This document shows positions 43,126 through 52,196 of a stretch of 64,000 nucleotides of DNA, one piece after another. The position numbers and the translations under genes are program-made. Below the pieces are notes generated by a model, which saw nothing but the letters and a program-made list of their open reading frames with translations, was not told where the DNA came from and did no database searches. How positions within the stretch are numbered: position 1 is the first letter of the stretch; the number at the start of each line of letters is the position of its first letter. Source of the DNA: a virus. The stretch spans positions 120,885-184,884 of the IMG/VR virus record IMGVR_UViG_3300016657_000126. One strand, 5' to 3'.

Positions 43126-44603
43126 CGTGACGGATCAAAGCCGTTGAAACGCACGTAGGAAAGGTGAAACACCGCGCGGGCAGACGCCTCTTCTCCGGCG
43201 CCGGAAAGCGCGCGGGTCTCCTTCACGACAAGGCCGCGAAAAAGCTCGGCGCCGTCCGCGGATTTGCAGGCGACCTGCTGACCGACGAGGGGAGTCCAAT
43301 CAGTGACCGGCATCTCGATTATCAGCCCGGTGGCCGACAAAACCTCCTGAATATACTGCAGCTTTGCCCACGCTGTGAGCGACCTGAGCGTGACCTCCGC
43401 AAGCCCCGTCAGTTTCTTCGTGTGGTTCTCGATGACCTTGCTGAGTGAGTTGAGATCCGTGAGAGAATCCGCGCTGGCGATCGGCGTGACGGCCGACTGC
43501 GGATCGACGCTGATCCACGGGGGAGGAGGGACAGTCTTTAGAGTGCCCACCGTGTTCTGCCGAAAGGCCTCCGCCGGATACTGCGCGAACACGCGCATAC
43601 CACCGTAGGACGAAGTTCCCGCCGCGCGATCTTTTGGCGGAGATCCGTAGTAGGACGAGGTGGGTGCGATGACGCGCACCGCGCGCACAGGAAGATGCCC
43701 GCGGCTGGAGATGGTCGCGTCCAGATTTACAGCGTCCAGAATCATATCCCTCGGCGCGCCGTCCAGCAGCTTGTCCAGCCGCACGAGCTTTCCGCTGTTC
43801 GCCATCGAAGGAACGTATGCTAGACCGAATGACGCGCACAGGTTCTGTATAGCCTCGAAACCATCGGTCGTAGAAAGGAGCGCGGTCGATATGGTCTGAT
43901 CCAGGGCCAGACGGTGCGCAGACAGAAATGTAGCGTCCGCCAGCTCGTCGAATTCTACCGCGGCGTTCGATAGGATTTCGAAGAAGATGGGAAGGACGCG
44001 CTCATTCATCTTGATGGCGCTCGCGTATTCTTCCTGAGCCACAGCCGGGTTCGGCATACCGACTGTCTTTCCTATGATCGTGGCGTCTGCGCGCGAGCGC
44101 AGCTTCTCGGCGATCGCTTTAATCAGTAGGCAGAGATTCTTGTTCGGCTTGAAGTCCTCGGAGAGGAATGTGGGTTTGTCGCGAAGTTGACGTTTCGGCT
44201 CGTAACAGCTGAAGCGTAGCGCGCTCAGCGCTCCGACAGCGCCAACCGCGTGGTGCGGCATATTCGGTGCCCGGATACCCCAGCCATAGTTTCCGCTCCC
44301 GAGCTTGCCCTTGATGACCGCGAGCGTGGTGGAGCCGTCCTTGATCGTGAACTGTGCGTCCACGAGCGTGTTTGCGACGTCGGAGAAGAACCGTGTCTGG
44401 AGGCGACCCAACTGCCGCGTGACATCCGAGCTCAGCAGCGTGAGCGCCTTGTCCGGTTTCACGTTCGCGGGCTGCGCATCAAACGAGATCACGGGAGGCT
44501 GATTCAGCGCCAGCTCCGTGGTCAGTCCGGAAACCTGCAACCCCAACGCGGGGACGAAGGAAACCTCTACCTGCGGACGAATGATGCGAACTTGGGTGAT
44601 CAC
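43122..44603 (-). CDS. putative baseplate hub protein
   Basis: 493 aa downstream of the tape measure; positional call. Confidence 0.4.
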   Translation of the reverse strand: MITQVRIIRPQVEVSFVPALGLQVSGLTTELALNQPPVISFDAQPANVKPDKALTLLSSDVTRQLGRLQTRFFSDVANTLVDAQFTIKDGSTTLAVIKGKLGSGNYGWGIRAPNMPHHAVGAVGALSALRFSCYEPKRQLRDKPTFLSEDFKPNKNLCLLIKAIAEKLRSRADATIIGKTVGMPNPAVAQEEYASAIKMNERVLPIFFEILSNAAVEFDELADATFLSAHRLALDQTISTALLSTTDGFEAIQNLCASFGLAYVPSMANSGKLVRLDKLLDGAPRDMILDAVNLDATISSRGHLPVRAVRVIAPTSSYYGSPPKDRAAGTSSYGGMRVFAQYPAEAFRQNTVGTLKTVPPPPWISVDPQSAVTPIASADSLTDLNSLSKVIENHTKKLTGLAEVTLRSLTAWAKLQYIQEVLSATGLIIEMPVTDWTPLVGQQVACKSADGAELFRGLVVKETRALSGAGEEASARAVFHLSYVRFNGFDPSR

Positions 44604-45274
44604 AGCTGCTCGATTTTTACCAGCGCGGCGGCCGCGTATCCCAGCTTGTAGGCCGGGTGCTGCGCGGCGTGAAACAGATCTGCCAGGTCCGCCTTCTGCA
44701 GGGCCACATGCAGGTCTCCCCAGGCCAGCACGTCGACCAGCAGGTCATCAGGCGCCTTGGACGGTGCAGGGAAGAAGATGCGCACTTCAGATCCCTCCGT
44801 CCATGCGGTGTCCAGCCGGAGGATACCAGAAACGCGAATCCACGCCGGCCAGGCCACGGTCAGCATGCGGTTGGTCTCGCGCGCGGACACCACTTCGCTG
44901 GCGCCATCACCGGTGATTCGCGCCGACACGTCGGTCAGAAATTCCAGGAGCACTTCCTGCTTGGAGGCCTCGAGCACAGGAATACCGAGCGTCGGCTCGA
45001 GAACCGCTCCCTGGATCGTGGGCACGGGCGGAACATCCACCGGCGCGGGAATCGCGCGAGGTTGGGTTGGGAGCACCGCACCGACCAGACGCAGCATGGA
45101 GTAGGCAACCCGCACACCGACGTCGCCCGTGAATAGCCCGAGGCGACGGCGAAGCTCCTGCGCCAAAGGCGAGGACGCGGGAGGCGTGCTGCCGCGCAAA
45201 CACGCGCGCAGCTCGCCGGAGTTCACCACTGCCGGACCTACGAGCAGCGCCAGAGCTTGATATGGATGGCTCAT
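44600..45274 (-). CDS. hypothetical tail-region protein
   Basis: 224 aa, coupled. Confidence 0.55.
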   Translation of the reverse strand: MSHPYQALALLVGPAVVNSGELRACLRGSTPPASSPLAQELRRRLGLFTGDVGVRVAYSMLRLVGAVLPTQPRAIPAPVDVPPVPTIQGAVLEPTLGIPVLEASKQEVLLEFLTDVSARITGDGASEVVSARETNRMLTVAWPAWIRVSGILRLDTAWTEGSEVRIFFPAPSKAPDDLLVDVLAWGDLHVALQKADLADLFHAAQHPAYKLGYAAAALVKIEQL

Positions 45275-45732
45275 TTTCCAGAGTCTACCAGCACACCGAA
45301 GAGCGACGCGTCCGCGACATTGTTCTGCGGGTTGGGCGGCGACATGTTGACGCCGACAAGAAAGAAACGCGCGGACGAGGCTCCCGGCATGCTGATCGTG
45401 ATCGGCTGATTCGTGGCCGACAGGCGATACCGGGCGTAGTAGTCGAGCAAGGCGTTCCAGGCACGCTGCTCTTCGGTCGCGTCGAACTTGCCCAGCAACA
45501 GCGCCAGCGGCACTACGATGTCGCCCATCTGGGAGCCGAACGAATACAGGAACCGCGTGTTCCTGAGCGTGTTCACCTTGAAGTGTGACTCCTTCAGGCC
45601 GATCTGCGCGCCTTGCACCAGAACGGGCGACAAGACCGTGCTGCTCACGGAAGGACTCAGCGAAAAGCTGCCGCGCGCGCCAGCCTTTCGGTGGACGTAT
45701 AGGCAGCCTTTGGATGGGAGAATGGCGGGCAT
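45271..45732 (-). CDS. putative tail tube initiator-like protein
   Basis: 153 aa directly after the tape measure; FLYSFG. Confidence 0.45.
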   Translation of the reverse strand: MPAILPSKGCLYVHRKAGARGSFSLSPSVSSTVLSPVLVQGAQIGLKESHFKVNTLRNTRFLYSFGSQMGDIVVPLALLLGKFDATEEQRAWNALLDYYARYRLSATNQPITISMPGASSARFFLVGVNMSPPNPQNNVADASLFGVLVDSGK

Positions 45733-45734
45733 GG

Positions 45735-48185
45735 TTAGCGTTGCTGGAACAAGCTTATCAGCGCGTTGTTTCCTGACACCAGCCGGAGCTCACCGAGGAA
45801 TTGTCCCTTACCGCTCATCGCAGGAGTCTTCTCGTCCTGCGCAGCCTGCGTCTTCATTTTTTCCTGCATCGTCGAGAGCAGGTTTTCTTTCGTTGCGGTG
45901 GAGATGCCCGCACCCTGCGACAGCTGATTGATCAGACTGGCCTGCGACTCGGTGCTCAGCTTGGACCAGTCTTCGGACTTCATCAGCTCGGACTGCACAC
46001 CCTCAATGAGCCCGGCGCGCTTGCGCATGCGTGCCATGCCCCGCTTATCGGTCACGGTCACGCCGCCCTCAGCGTCCCACCCGACGGCGCCGCCGAACGT
46101 CTTCAAGGCCGCCTGCAATTTCGCCGGATCTCCGCTGGTGAGGTCCGCAAAGCTCTTTTCGTCCATGGAGCTGCGCAGCGCATTTCGGACCTCATCAGTC
46201 ATTCCGAAGCGCACGCCTTTGCTGTCGCTGGTGAGCTGCCCGAGACGGAACACACCATCCTTGGCTCCCAAGCTGGTGTCGGTGGCCGCAAGTCCGGCAA
46301 GCTGCGCCGGGCTCAGCTTCTTTTCAGTGGTCAGCCCCTGGAGGAGCGACTCGCTGAACTCGAGGCCCGCCATATTGATGTTGGCGTCGGGCATGAGGGT
46401 CTGCGCGAGATCGCGCGCCGCTGCCCCCTGATCGATGCGTTTGCGGTCCTCCTCGGAGAGCGCAGCCGCGGCGCCAGGCATTCCCTGGCGAAGAAGATTC
46501 ACGCCGAAGCCGAGCCGGTGCGCCTTTCCATTACCGAACGCCAGTTCCGCGCGCGCCGCGCTCTCTTCCCCGAGCAGCGCGCGCACGCCGGCGGTGTCGC
46601 CCTCGGCCAGTGCCGCGCGCGCACGATCGAGCGTGGAGACGCTGAATTTCTGTGACAGCTCAGTCATCACTTCGCCTTGCAGAGAGTCCGCGCCGAATGC
46701 AGCAGTCAGCCCCTCGCGCAGGGTTTTGTTCGAAGCCAGGTTCCGGTCGGATTGCTCGGCGGCATCCATGTAGACGGATCCACCAAGTTCCATGACCTTC
46801 TCGGCGCCTATGGTCGCCGTGAGCTGGCCGGGCGTGTAGCCCATCTCAGCGAGCAGCCCGCGCGCTTTCTCGTCCGCCGCCATGCGATCCTCGAGCGTCT
46901 TGGCTCCTGCAAACTGCTGCATGAGCTCGCGCGCTTTCTTCTCCTGCGGGACGCTGAGCCCGCCCCCGTTGATGAGCGCAGAAAGTTCTCCGGCTCCTGT
47001 AATCGATTCCTGCATGGTGGCGGCTATGCCTGTCTGAATTTCCATGGCCGCCTTGCGCGAGTCGTAGCCGGTGATGCCGTTCATGCGCGCGGCGGACGCC
47101 AGATCGGTCGTCGCCGAAAGCGTCGCACGCCCGGCGATGTTACCGGCCACGCCTCCGCCGGCGGCGTTCACCGCGTCGACCACGGTCTGCATGACCGTCG
47201 CCACGTTCTGTCCGCTGGCTTCGATGCGGTTCTTCACCTGCTTGAAGCGCTGCTCCATTTTGCCGAAGTCGGCGCCGGCGCCCGCACGCATGCCGGTGAC
47301 GGCCTCGAGGTTCTCCGCCAGCTCGGTCCAGCTCCGGTTCCCAAAAATGTTCTTCACCGTCGCCAGCGCTTTGGCGCCCTGCTCGACGACCGTCGTCATC
47401 TTCTTCTCGTATTCCGGGCTGAGGGAGCGGACGCGCATGTCGCTGGCGCCCTCCTTCAGATTGGTCTGAAGCTGGGTGATTGTCCGAGAAGTGGTCTCGG
47501 CAAGATCCGTCTGCCCTTCCTTGATCTGCCTGGCGCGCCGGTCCTCGAGGCGGCGAATGTCTTCGCGCGCGGAGTCGGCGGCCGTCATCCGAATCGAGCC
47601 ATCGCGGTTATACTTGGCCTCGCCGAATGTCTCCATCTCCACAGGGCCGAGCATGCCGCGGGCGGTTGCGGCCGTGTAGACGCCGGCGAGCCCGTCGCGG
47701 CCGACGCCGGCGGTGCGCTCCAGACGCTGTGCGCCGGTTGACTGGTAGGCGAAGTGACGCTGCAGGGCGTCCGCCGTCATCCGACCCGCGGCGAGGCTGA
47801 GCGGCCCCATTCCCGCGGCAAAACCCGTGCCCTGCTCTCCCTTCACCGTGAAGCCGGCGGCGGCACCATTATGAGCGGCGGCGAGCATGTTCGTCGTGCT
47901 ACCTCCACCTAATTTACCATCTGCTACCCAGGCCGCCACAGACTGCATGAGCTTGCCTTCATCCGCGGTAAGCTTTTTTTTGAAATCCTTGCCGAACATG
48001 ATCTTAGCCGCCTGCTCGGTGAAGTAGCGGGTGCGCGGATCGTCCATCGCCAGCCCGTAGGACTGCCCCACCGCGATGTTCCGCATCATGTCGTTTTGGA
48101 ACCTGTCCATGGCCGACGGCATGTAGCCGCCCGAGGCCATGCCCAGGGGTGACGCGGGGTTGTAGTTGTAGGGAAGGTCGTTCAC
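45735..48185 (-). CDS. tape measure-like protein
   Basis: 816 aa, A/G/M-rich helical; follows a frameshifted chaperone pair. Confidence 0.65.
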   Translation of the reverse strand: MNDLPYNYNPASPLGMASGGYMPSAMDRFQNDMMRNIAVGQSYGLAMDDPRTRYFTEQAAKIMFGKDFKKKLTADEGKLMQSVAAWVADGKLGGGSTTNMLAAAHNGAAAGFTVKGEQGTGFAAGMGPLSLAAGRMTADALQRHFAYQSTGAQRLERTAGVGRDGLAGVYTAATARGMLGPVEMETFGEAKYNRDGSIRMTAADSAREDIRRLEDRRARQIKEGQTDLAETTSRTITQLQTNLKEGASDMRVRSLSPEYEKKMTTVVEQGAKALATVKNIFGNRSWTELAENLEAVTGMRAGAGADFGKMEQRFKQVKNRIEASGQNVATVMQTVVDAVNAAGGGVAGNIAGRATLSATTDLASAARMNGITGYDSRKAAMEIQTGIAATMQESITGAGELSALINGGGLSVPQEKKARELMQQFAGAKTLEDRMAADEKARGLLAEMGYTPGQLTATIGAEKVMELGGSVYMDAAEQSDRNLASNKTLREGLTAAFGADSLQGEVMTELSQKFSVSTLDRARAALAEGDTAGVRALLGEESAARAELAFGNGKAHRLGFGVNLLRQGMPGAAAALSEEDRKRIDQGAAARDLAQTLMPDANINMAGLEFSESLLQGLTTEKKLSPAQLAGLAATDTSLGAKDGVFRLGQLTSDSKGVRFGMTDEVRNALRSSMDEKSFADLTSGDPAKLQAALKTFGGAVGWDAEGGVTVTDKRGMARMRKRAGLIEGVQSELMKSEDWSKLSTESQASLINQLSQGAGISTATKENLLSTMQEKMKTQAAQDEKTPAMSGKGQFLGELRLVSGNNALISLFQQR

Positions 48186-48568
48186 GTTGCGGCAACCAGT
48201 TGGTCGAGCTGGTCCTCGATCATGTTGTAGAGGCGGACAACATCGTCAACGGACCCGCCCGGCTGGCGGTGAGCGAGAAGCTCAGGCAAGCGCAGCAGCG
48301 CCATTTTGAGCTGCCGATCGTGCTGTTTGTTGAGTTGGTGTTGCATCTTCTGCACGTCGCCTTGGCCAAATCCCTTCGCGGCATTCTGCGCCGCGAGTGT
48401 GGACAGTTGGACGTGCCGCTCGTGCTCAAGGAGCACTTGGCTCTCGACGTAGCTGAGAAGGATGTTGAACCGGGCTATGTCGACGTAGCGCGCATAGACC
48501 GGCGGGGCGGATTTGATGATACCCCGGCACGCTCCAATGACCGCTAAGCGGACGCGCCGGGAGTCGTA
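48182..48568 (-). CDS. tail assembly chaperone C-terminal extension (-1 frameshift product)
   Basis: The -1 frame is open from G GTT TTT (48574-48568): YDSRRVRLAVIG...VLLEHERHV to stop 48182, with no ATG near its 5' end. Confidence 0.65.
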   Translation of the reverse strand, partial: YDSRRVRLAVIGACRGIIKSAPPVYARYVDIARFNILLSYVESQVLLEHERHVQLSTLAAQNAAKGFGQGDVQKMQHQLNKQHDRQLKMALLRLPELLAHRQPGGSVDDVVRLYNMIEDQLDQLVAAT

Positions 48569-49263
48569 AAAACCGCGTCGTAGTTTACGATCATCTCGGC
48601 CAGCGCGCGGTTCTTCAGCATCGCCTGCCGCACCGCGAGAAGCACCAGGGCCCAGCGGTGATTTTGCATCTTGCGGAAGTAGGCTACGCGCTCGCGCAGC
48701 TGGTCCGTTGTCGTCACCGGCGCGAGCTTCTCGTTACCGATCTCTCGGACCTGGATTGCGGCGCCCGCGAACTGCAGCTCGCTGAAATAGCGGTCTGGCT
48801 CCTTCTCTAGCCCGAGAGACTTGATGTAGTTGTATTGGATATCCAATACATCACCGGTCACAGTTTCCACGATGACGATCACCTTTCCACCGAGCATCGC
48901 CTGCTTGTCGAGAAACGGTTCGCCCGTGATTAGGGTGACGGCGTAGCGCTCCTTGTCTTCGTCGGAAGGCATCGAAGCCCGCACATTGATCTCGGGAAAG
49001 CTGTTGAGCCAGGCGGCGTCCATCAGACGCTTTTTCACCGTGGGCGGTGTCTCGCCCAGGGCTTCCTCCAGAGGCGTGGGAGGAAGCTCCTTCCGTGACG
49101 GAGCCTCGGGCGTGCGTAGATTCTCGAGCCCCTCCGCGGTGAGGTTACCCTCCGCTGCCGCGGCCTCTGCGGCCGCCTCGGCGACGAATTGCTCGGCATC
49201 AGCCTCGCTGATCGGCGGAAGATCGTCGGGTGGGGTGGGGGTGTTAGGCGGCGTCTGTGACAT
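48544..49263 (-). CDS. tail assembly chaperone
   Basis: Start MSQTPP; slippery heptamer near the 3' end; upstream of the tape measure. Confidence 0.65.
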   Translation of the reverse strand: MSQTPPNTPTPPDDLPPISEADAEQFVAEAAAEAAAAEGNLTAEGLENLRTPEAPSRKELPPTPLEEALGETPPTVKKRLMDAAWLNSFPEINVRASMPSDEDKERYAVTLITGEPFLDKQAMLGGKVIVIVETVTGDVLDIQYNYIKSLGLEKEPDRYFSELQFAGAAIQVREIGNEKLAPVTTTDQLRERVAYFRKMQNHRWALVLLAVRQAMLKNRALAEMIVNYDAVFTTPGASA

Positions 49264-51619
49264 AGCGGGTGGTGATTGATGCGGCAGTGAGAGCTTGAGG
49301 GGAGGGCATGGCGTTGGGCAACTTGTCACTCGGCGCGCGCAACGAATCGCCGCCGGCCACGAGGTGCTTCCCCTTGCCCGGATAAGGGAGCGACGTGGCA
49401 TCGGTGCCTGGGGCCGGGCGCAGCGTGTCGGAGGTGTGGTCCCAGACGCCAAAGGCGGGCGCCGTGGGGTCGGCTGCGTGAGGAGTTTCGAGGCGCGCGT
49501 GCTGCTGGCTGAGGCTCTCCATGATCGGCTGCGAGGTCGGTATCCGCACCGGCGGATACTTCCAGACGGGTCGGGTGGAGAGCGTGAGCGTGTGCGCGAG
49601 CGGCGGAATGACACTCTCTTCGTCTGGCTCGTCCGGCGTGCTGATGTCCGGAGGCGTGAGCCCTCCGCCCGTGCCGACGTGCTCGGCTGGGCCATTGAAT
49701 CCGTTCGAGCAGACTGCGGCGCGACCGGCGAATACGCCGTCGATGCTGATGCCGGAACGCGTCGCGTGCATGATGGAAGGAAGAAACATCCCGCTCCGGA
49801 TGTAGCCGACGAGGCGAGAGCACCGGATGAGAAGGTCGCTCACGCCACGCAGTTCAATCGCCGTGCTGGCGTCTGCCACGATAGAACGGGCGGCGCGCAT
49901 GTAGACCTGACCCTTCGAGGCCTGCAGCACCACGCCACCCGGCTTGGCCGGCGCCTCGGCGACGACGTCACCCGCGCCTGTAGACTCGACGAGCGTCTGA
50001 CCGGCGCTGGAGATCCGCGCACCGGATCGGATGGCCTCAATGACGACGCCGGCGCCGGCGAATTCCACGGCCGGGTTGTTGGGCGTTCCGGTAGGCGTCT
50101 CCGTCGGTTCTGTGGCGTCGGACTTCAGCCAGACGCTGCCCATCTCGCACAGGGCGCGCCACGACGTGCGGGCCTTGGCGGCGAACGCGCCGACTACGCT
50201 GGTGATGGTGACATTGCGACGACCCTTGATCCAGACGTCGCGGCCGGCGGTCATGCGGATGTCGCCGCCCGCCTCGAGATTGAGGTCGAAGGGTGCCGTG
50301 AGCCAGGCGCGCCCACCGCTGATCAGAAGCGCGGCGCCGCTGCCCTCGAGCGCCATGATTCCGCCGTCGCGCAGAATGCGGATGGTCGCGTAGGTGAGGT
50401 ACGGCTGCACGGCGCCGCCGTTGGCCGCCTGCTTGTCCGATTCCCCCGCCGTGGTCTCCGGCGCCGGCGTTTCGGACTCCTTCGGGACGCGCCAGCGTGT
50501 GGGCTGTTGGTGGAAACGGGCGTAGGCCACGAACTGCGAAAGCCAGCGGGAGTACTGGCGGATCTGGAAGGCCGTCTGGTGCGTGTTCTTCTGATCGATG
50601 CCGCGGTCCCAAATCTGCAGGAACTGGCGCTCGAGGCCTGTGTAGAAGTTGGCGGTAGTCGGCTCATCGACGCCCGCGGTGCCGCCGATGTATTGAGGCA
50701 CGTTGATGCGCACGACGCGCTCGAGCGCGATCTCGCCCACGCTCTGCCAAAGAAGCGAACCGTCGGCGCCGCGCCAGTGCCTGGAGTTGGCCGACCGGGT
50801 GCCCTGCGTGGCCAGATTCCCGAGCACGGATTCCGGGCTCGTGATCCACTCGTGGATGAAGTCGCCGAGAAACCCGGTGAAGCGTTCGAAGCGCCAGCGT
50901 CCGGTTGAGCGCAGCTCTTCCTCGGTGGGGGCCTCGAGGCCGCCGGCTTTCATGCGCGCCTTGGCCTCTTCCGGAGTGAGCTTTCCCCACGCCTCGTGCT
51001 CGTAGGAGGTGAAGGCCTCGTAGCCATTCAGGCGCCCGTCGTCTTTGTGCAGCACGTCTCCGAGCGCGGTGTGCTGCGAGAAGTTTTCGGAGACCAGGCG
51101 CAGCGAGTCGTCTAGCAGGCAGGCCTCGAGGAAAGCGCGGCCCGCGCGCAGCCGCACCACGTTCAGCAGGAAGTCGACGCCGGATCCCAGCGCATTCTCG
51201 ATGGAGAACTCCCCCTCGACCAGATCCTTTGGAGTATTGGTGCCGCCGAAGTCGGCGGCCGATCCGGTAGCCTCCAGATTCGCCGCCGCATCCGATCCAT
51301 CACCCACCCCGCGGGCCCTCGCCTGTGCGCGCGAAACGGGGCGACCCGACGGCAGCGCATGCACGATGTAGGGTGGATTGCCGCGCATGACGATGACCTG
51401 CGTGCCCTCCTCGAGGAGTCCGTTCACGCGGTAGCCGAACAGTGGAGCAAAGATTCCACCACAGGCCCAGCGACAGCCAAGCACGGTGTCGGGGCCGGAG
51501 CTCAGCTTGACGTCGTAGGTGGCGGAGTCGCGGTGAGTGGCGAACACCACGCCGCGCGCGAAGTCTTCCGGGATGGGAGCCGACGACGCGAGAGAAGGGT
51601 TGAGCGGAGGTCCAAGCAT
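49244..51619 (-). CDS. baseplate central spike (gp5/VgrG-like)
   Basis: N-terminal OB-like TYDVKL..EGTQVIV; beta-helix repeats DLNLEAGGDIRMTAGRDVWIKG. Confidence 0.65.
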   Translation of the reverse strand: MLGPPLNPSLASSAPIPEDFARGVVFATHRDSATYDVKLSSGPDTVLGCRWACGGIFAPLFGYRVNGLLEEGTQVIVMRGNPPYIVHALPSGRPVSRAQARARGVGDGSDAAANLEATGSAADFGGTNTPKDLVEGEFSIENALGSGVDFLLNVVRLRAGRAFLEACLLDDSLRLVSENFSQHTALGDVLHKDDGRLNGYEAFTSYEHEAWGKLTPEEAKARMKAGGLEAPTEEELRSTGRWRFERFTGFLGDFIHEWITSPESVLGNLATQGTRSANSRHWRGADGSLLWQSVGEIALERVVRINVPQYIGGTAGVDEPTTANFYTGLERQFLQIWDRGIDQKNTHQTAFQIRQYSRWLSQFVAYARFHQQPTRWRVPKESETPAPETTAGESDKQAANGGAVQPYLTYATIRILRDGGIMALEGSGAALLISGGRAWLTAPFDLNLEAGGDIRMTAGRDVWIKGRRNVTITSVVGAFAAKARTSWRALCEMGSVWLKSDATEPTETPTGTPNNPAVEFAGAGVVIEAIRSGARISSAGQTLVESTGAGDVVAEAPAKPGGVVLQASKGQVYMRAARSIVADASTAIELRGVSDLLIRCSRLVGYIRSGMFLPSIMHATRSGISIDGVFAGRAAVCSNGFNGPAEHVGTGGGLTPPDISTPDEPDEESVIPPLAHTLTLSTRPVWKYPPVRIPTSQPIMESLSQQHARLETPHAADPTAPAFGVWDHTSDTLRPAPGTDATSLPYPGKGKHLVAGGDSLRAPSDKLPNAMPSPQALTAASITTRYVTDAA

Positions 51620-51656
51620 CGTGGTAAATCAATGACTTGTCGCCGGCTGTGGCCAC

Positions 51657-51685
51657 AAAAAATCCTGCGACTTTCGCCGCAGGAT
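51657..51685 (-). terminator. intrinsic terminator after tail tube gene
   Basis: ATCCTGCG/CGCAGGAT stem followed by a T-run on -. Confidence 0.7.
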
Positions 51686-51707
51686 CGGTGAGTGGCTTGG
51701 TTGAAGA

Positions 51708-52163
51708 TCAGTTGATCACCATGCCGGCGAGCAAGAGCGTCGCCGACTCCGAGATGTTCAGCTGCCCGGAAGTGAACGAGCCGCCGACCTCGGTGATGAT
51801 GCCGGCATCGAACGAAATGCGCGCGCGACCGTTGGGCTTCGCATTGCACTCGTTCCCGTTCAGCTGAACGGTGATGCCGCTGATGATGCCGCAGTCGCCC
51901 TGGTTGGACTGAAGGAGCGACTGGAAGCCGTCGCGACCGACGACACGTCCGAGCTCGGCGCGGCCGGAGCCACGACCGGTCTGGAAGTAGATTCCGGAGC
52001 TGCCGACCTCGTAGACCGTGGAGACCTCGCGCCCATAGTTGTAGCTCATGGACTGAACGAGGGTGGGACGGGCGGAGCCGACGGTGATGACAGCGAACTC
52101 CGAGCTACCGAGCTCCTTGCTCGAGCGGACCTCGCGAGAAACGCCGTAAATGTCTTTGCGCAT
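51708..52163 (-). CDS. tail tube protein
   Basis: 151 aa right after the sheath; LVQSMSYNYGREVSTVYEVGS. Confidence 0.75.
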   Translation of the reverse strand: MRKDIYGVSREVRSSKELGSSEFAVITVGSARPTLVQSMSYNYGREVSTVYEVGSSGIYFQTGRGSGRAELGRVVGRDGFQSLLQSNQGDCGIISGITVQLNGNECNAKPNGRARISFDAGIITEVGGSFTSGQLNISESATLLLAGMVIN

Positions 52164-52196
52164 GGTGGGTGGTTTTCTGCCGGGTTGGCGGCGTGA

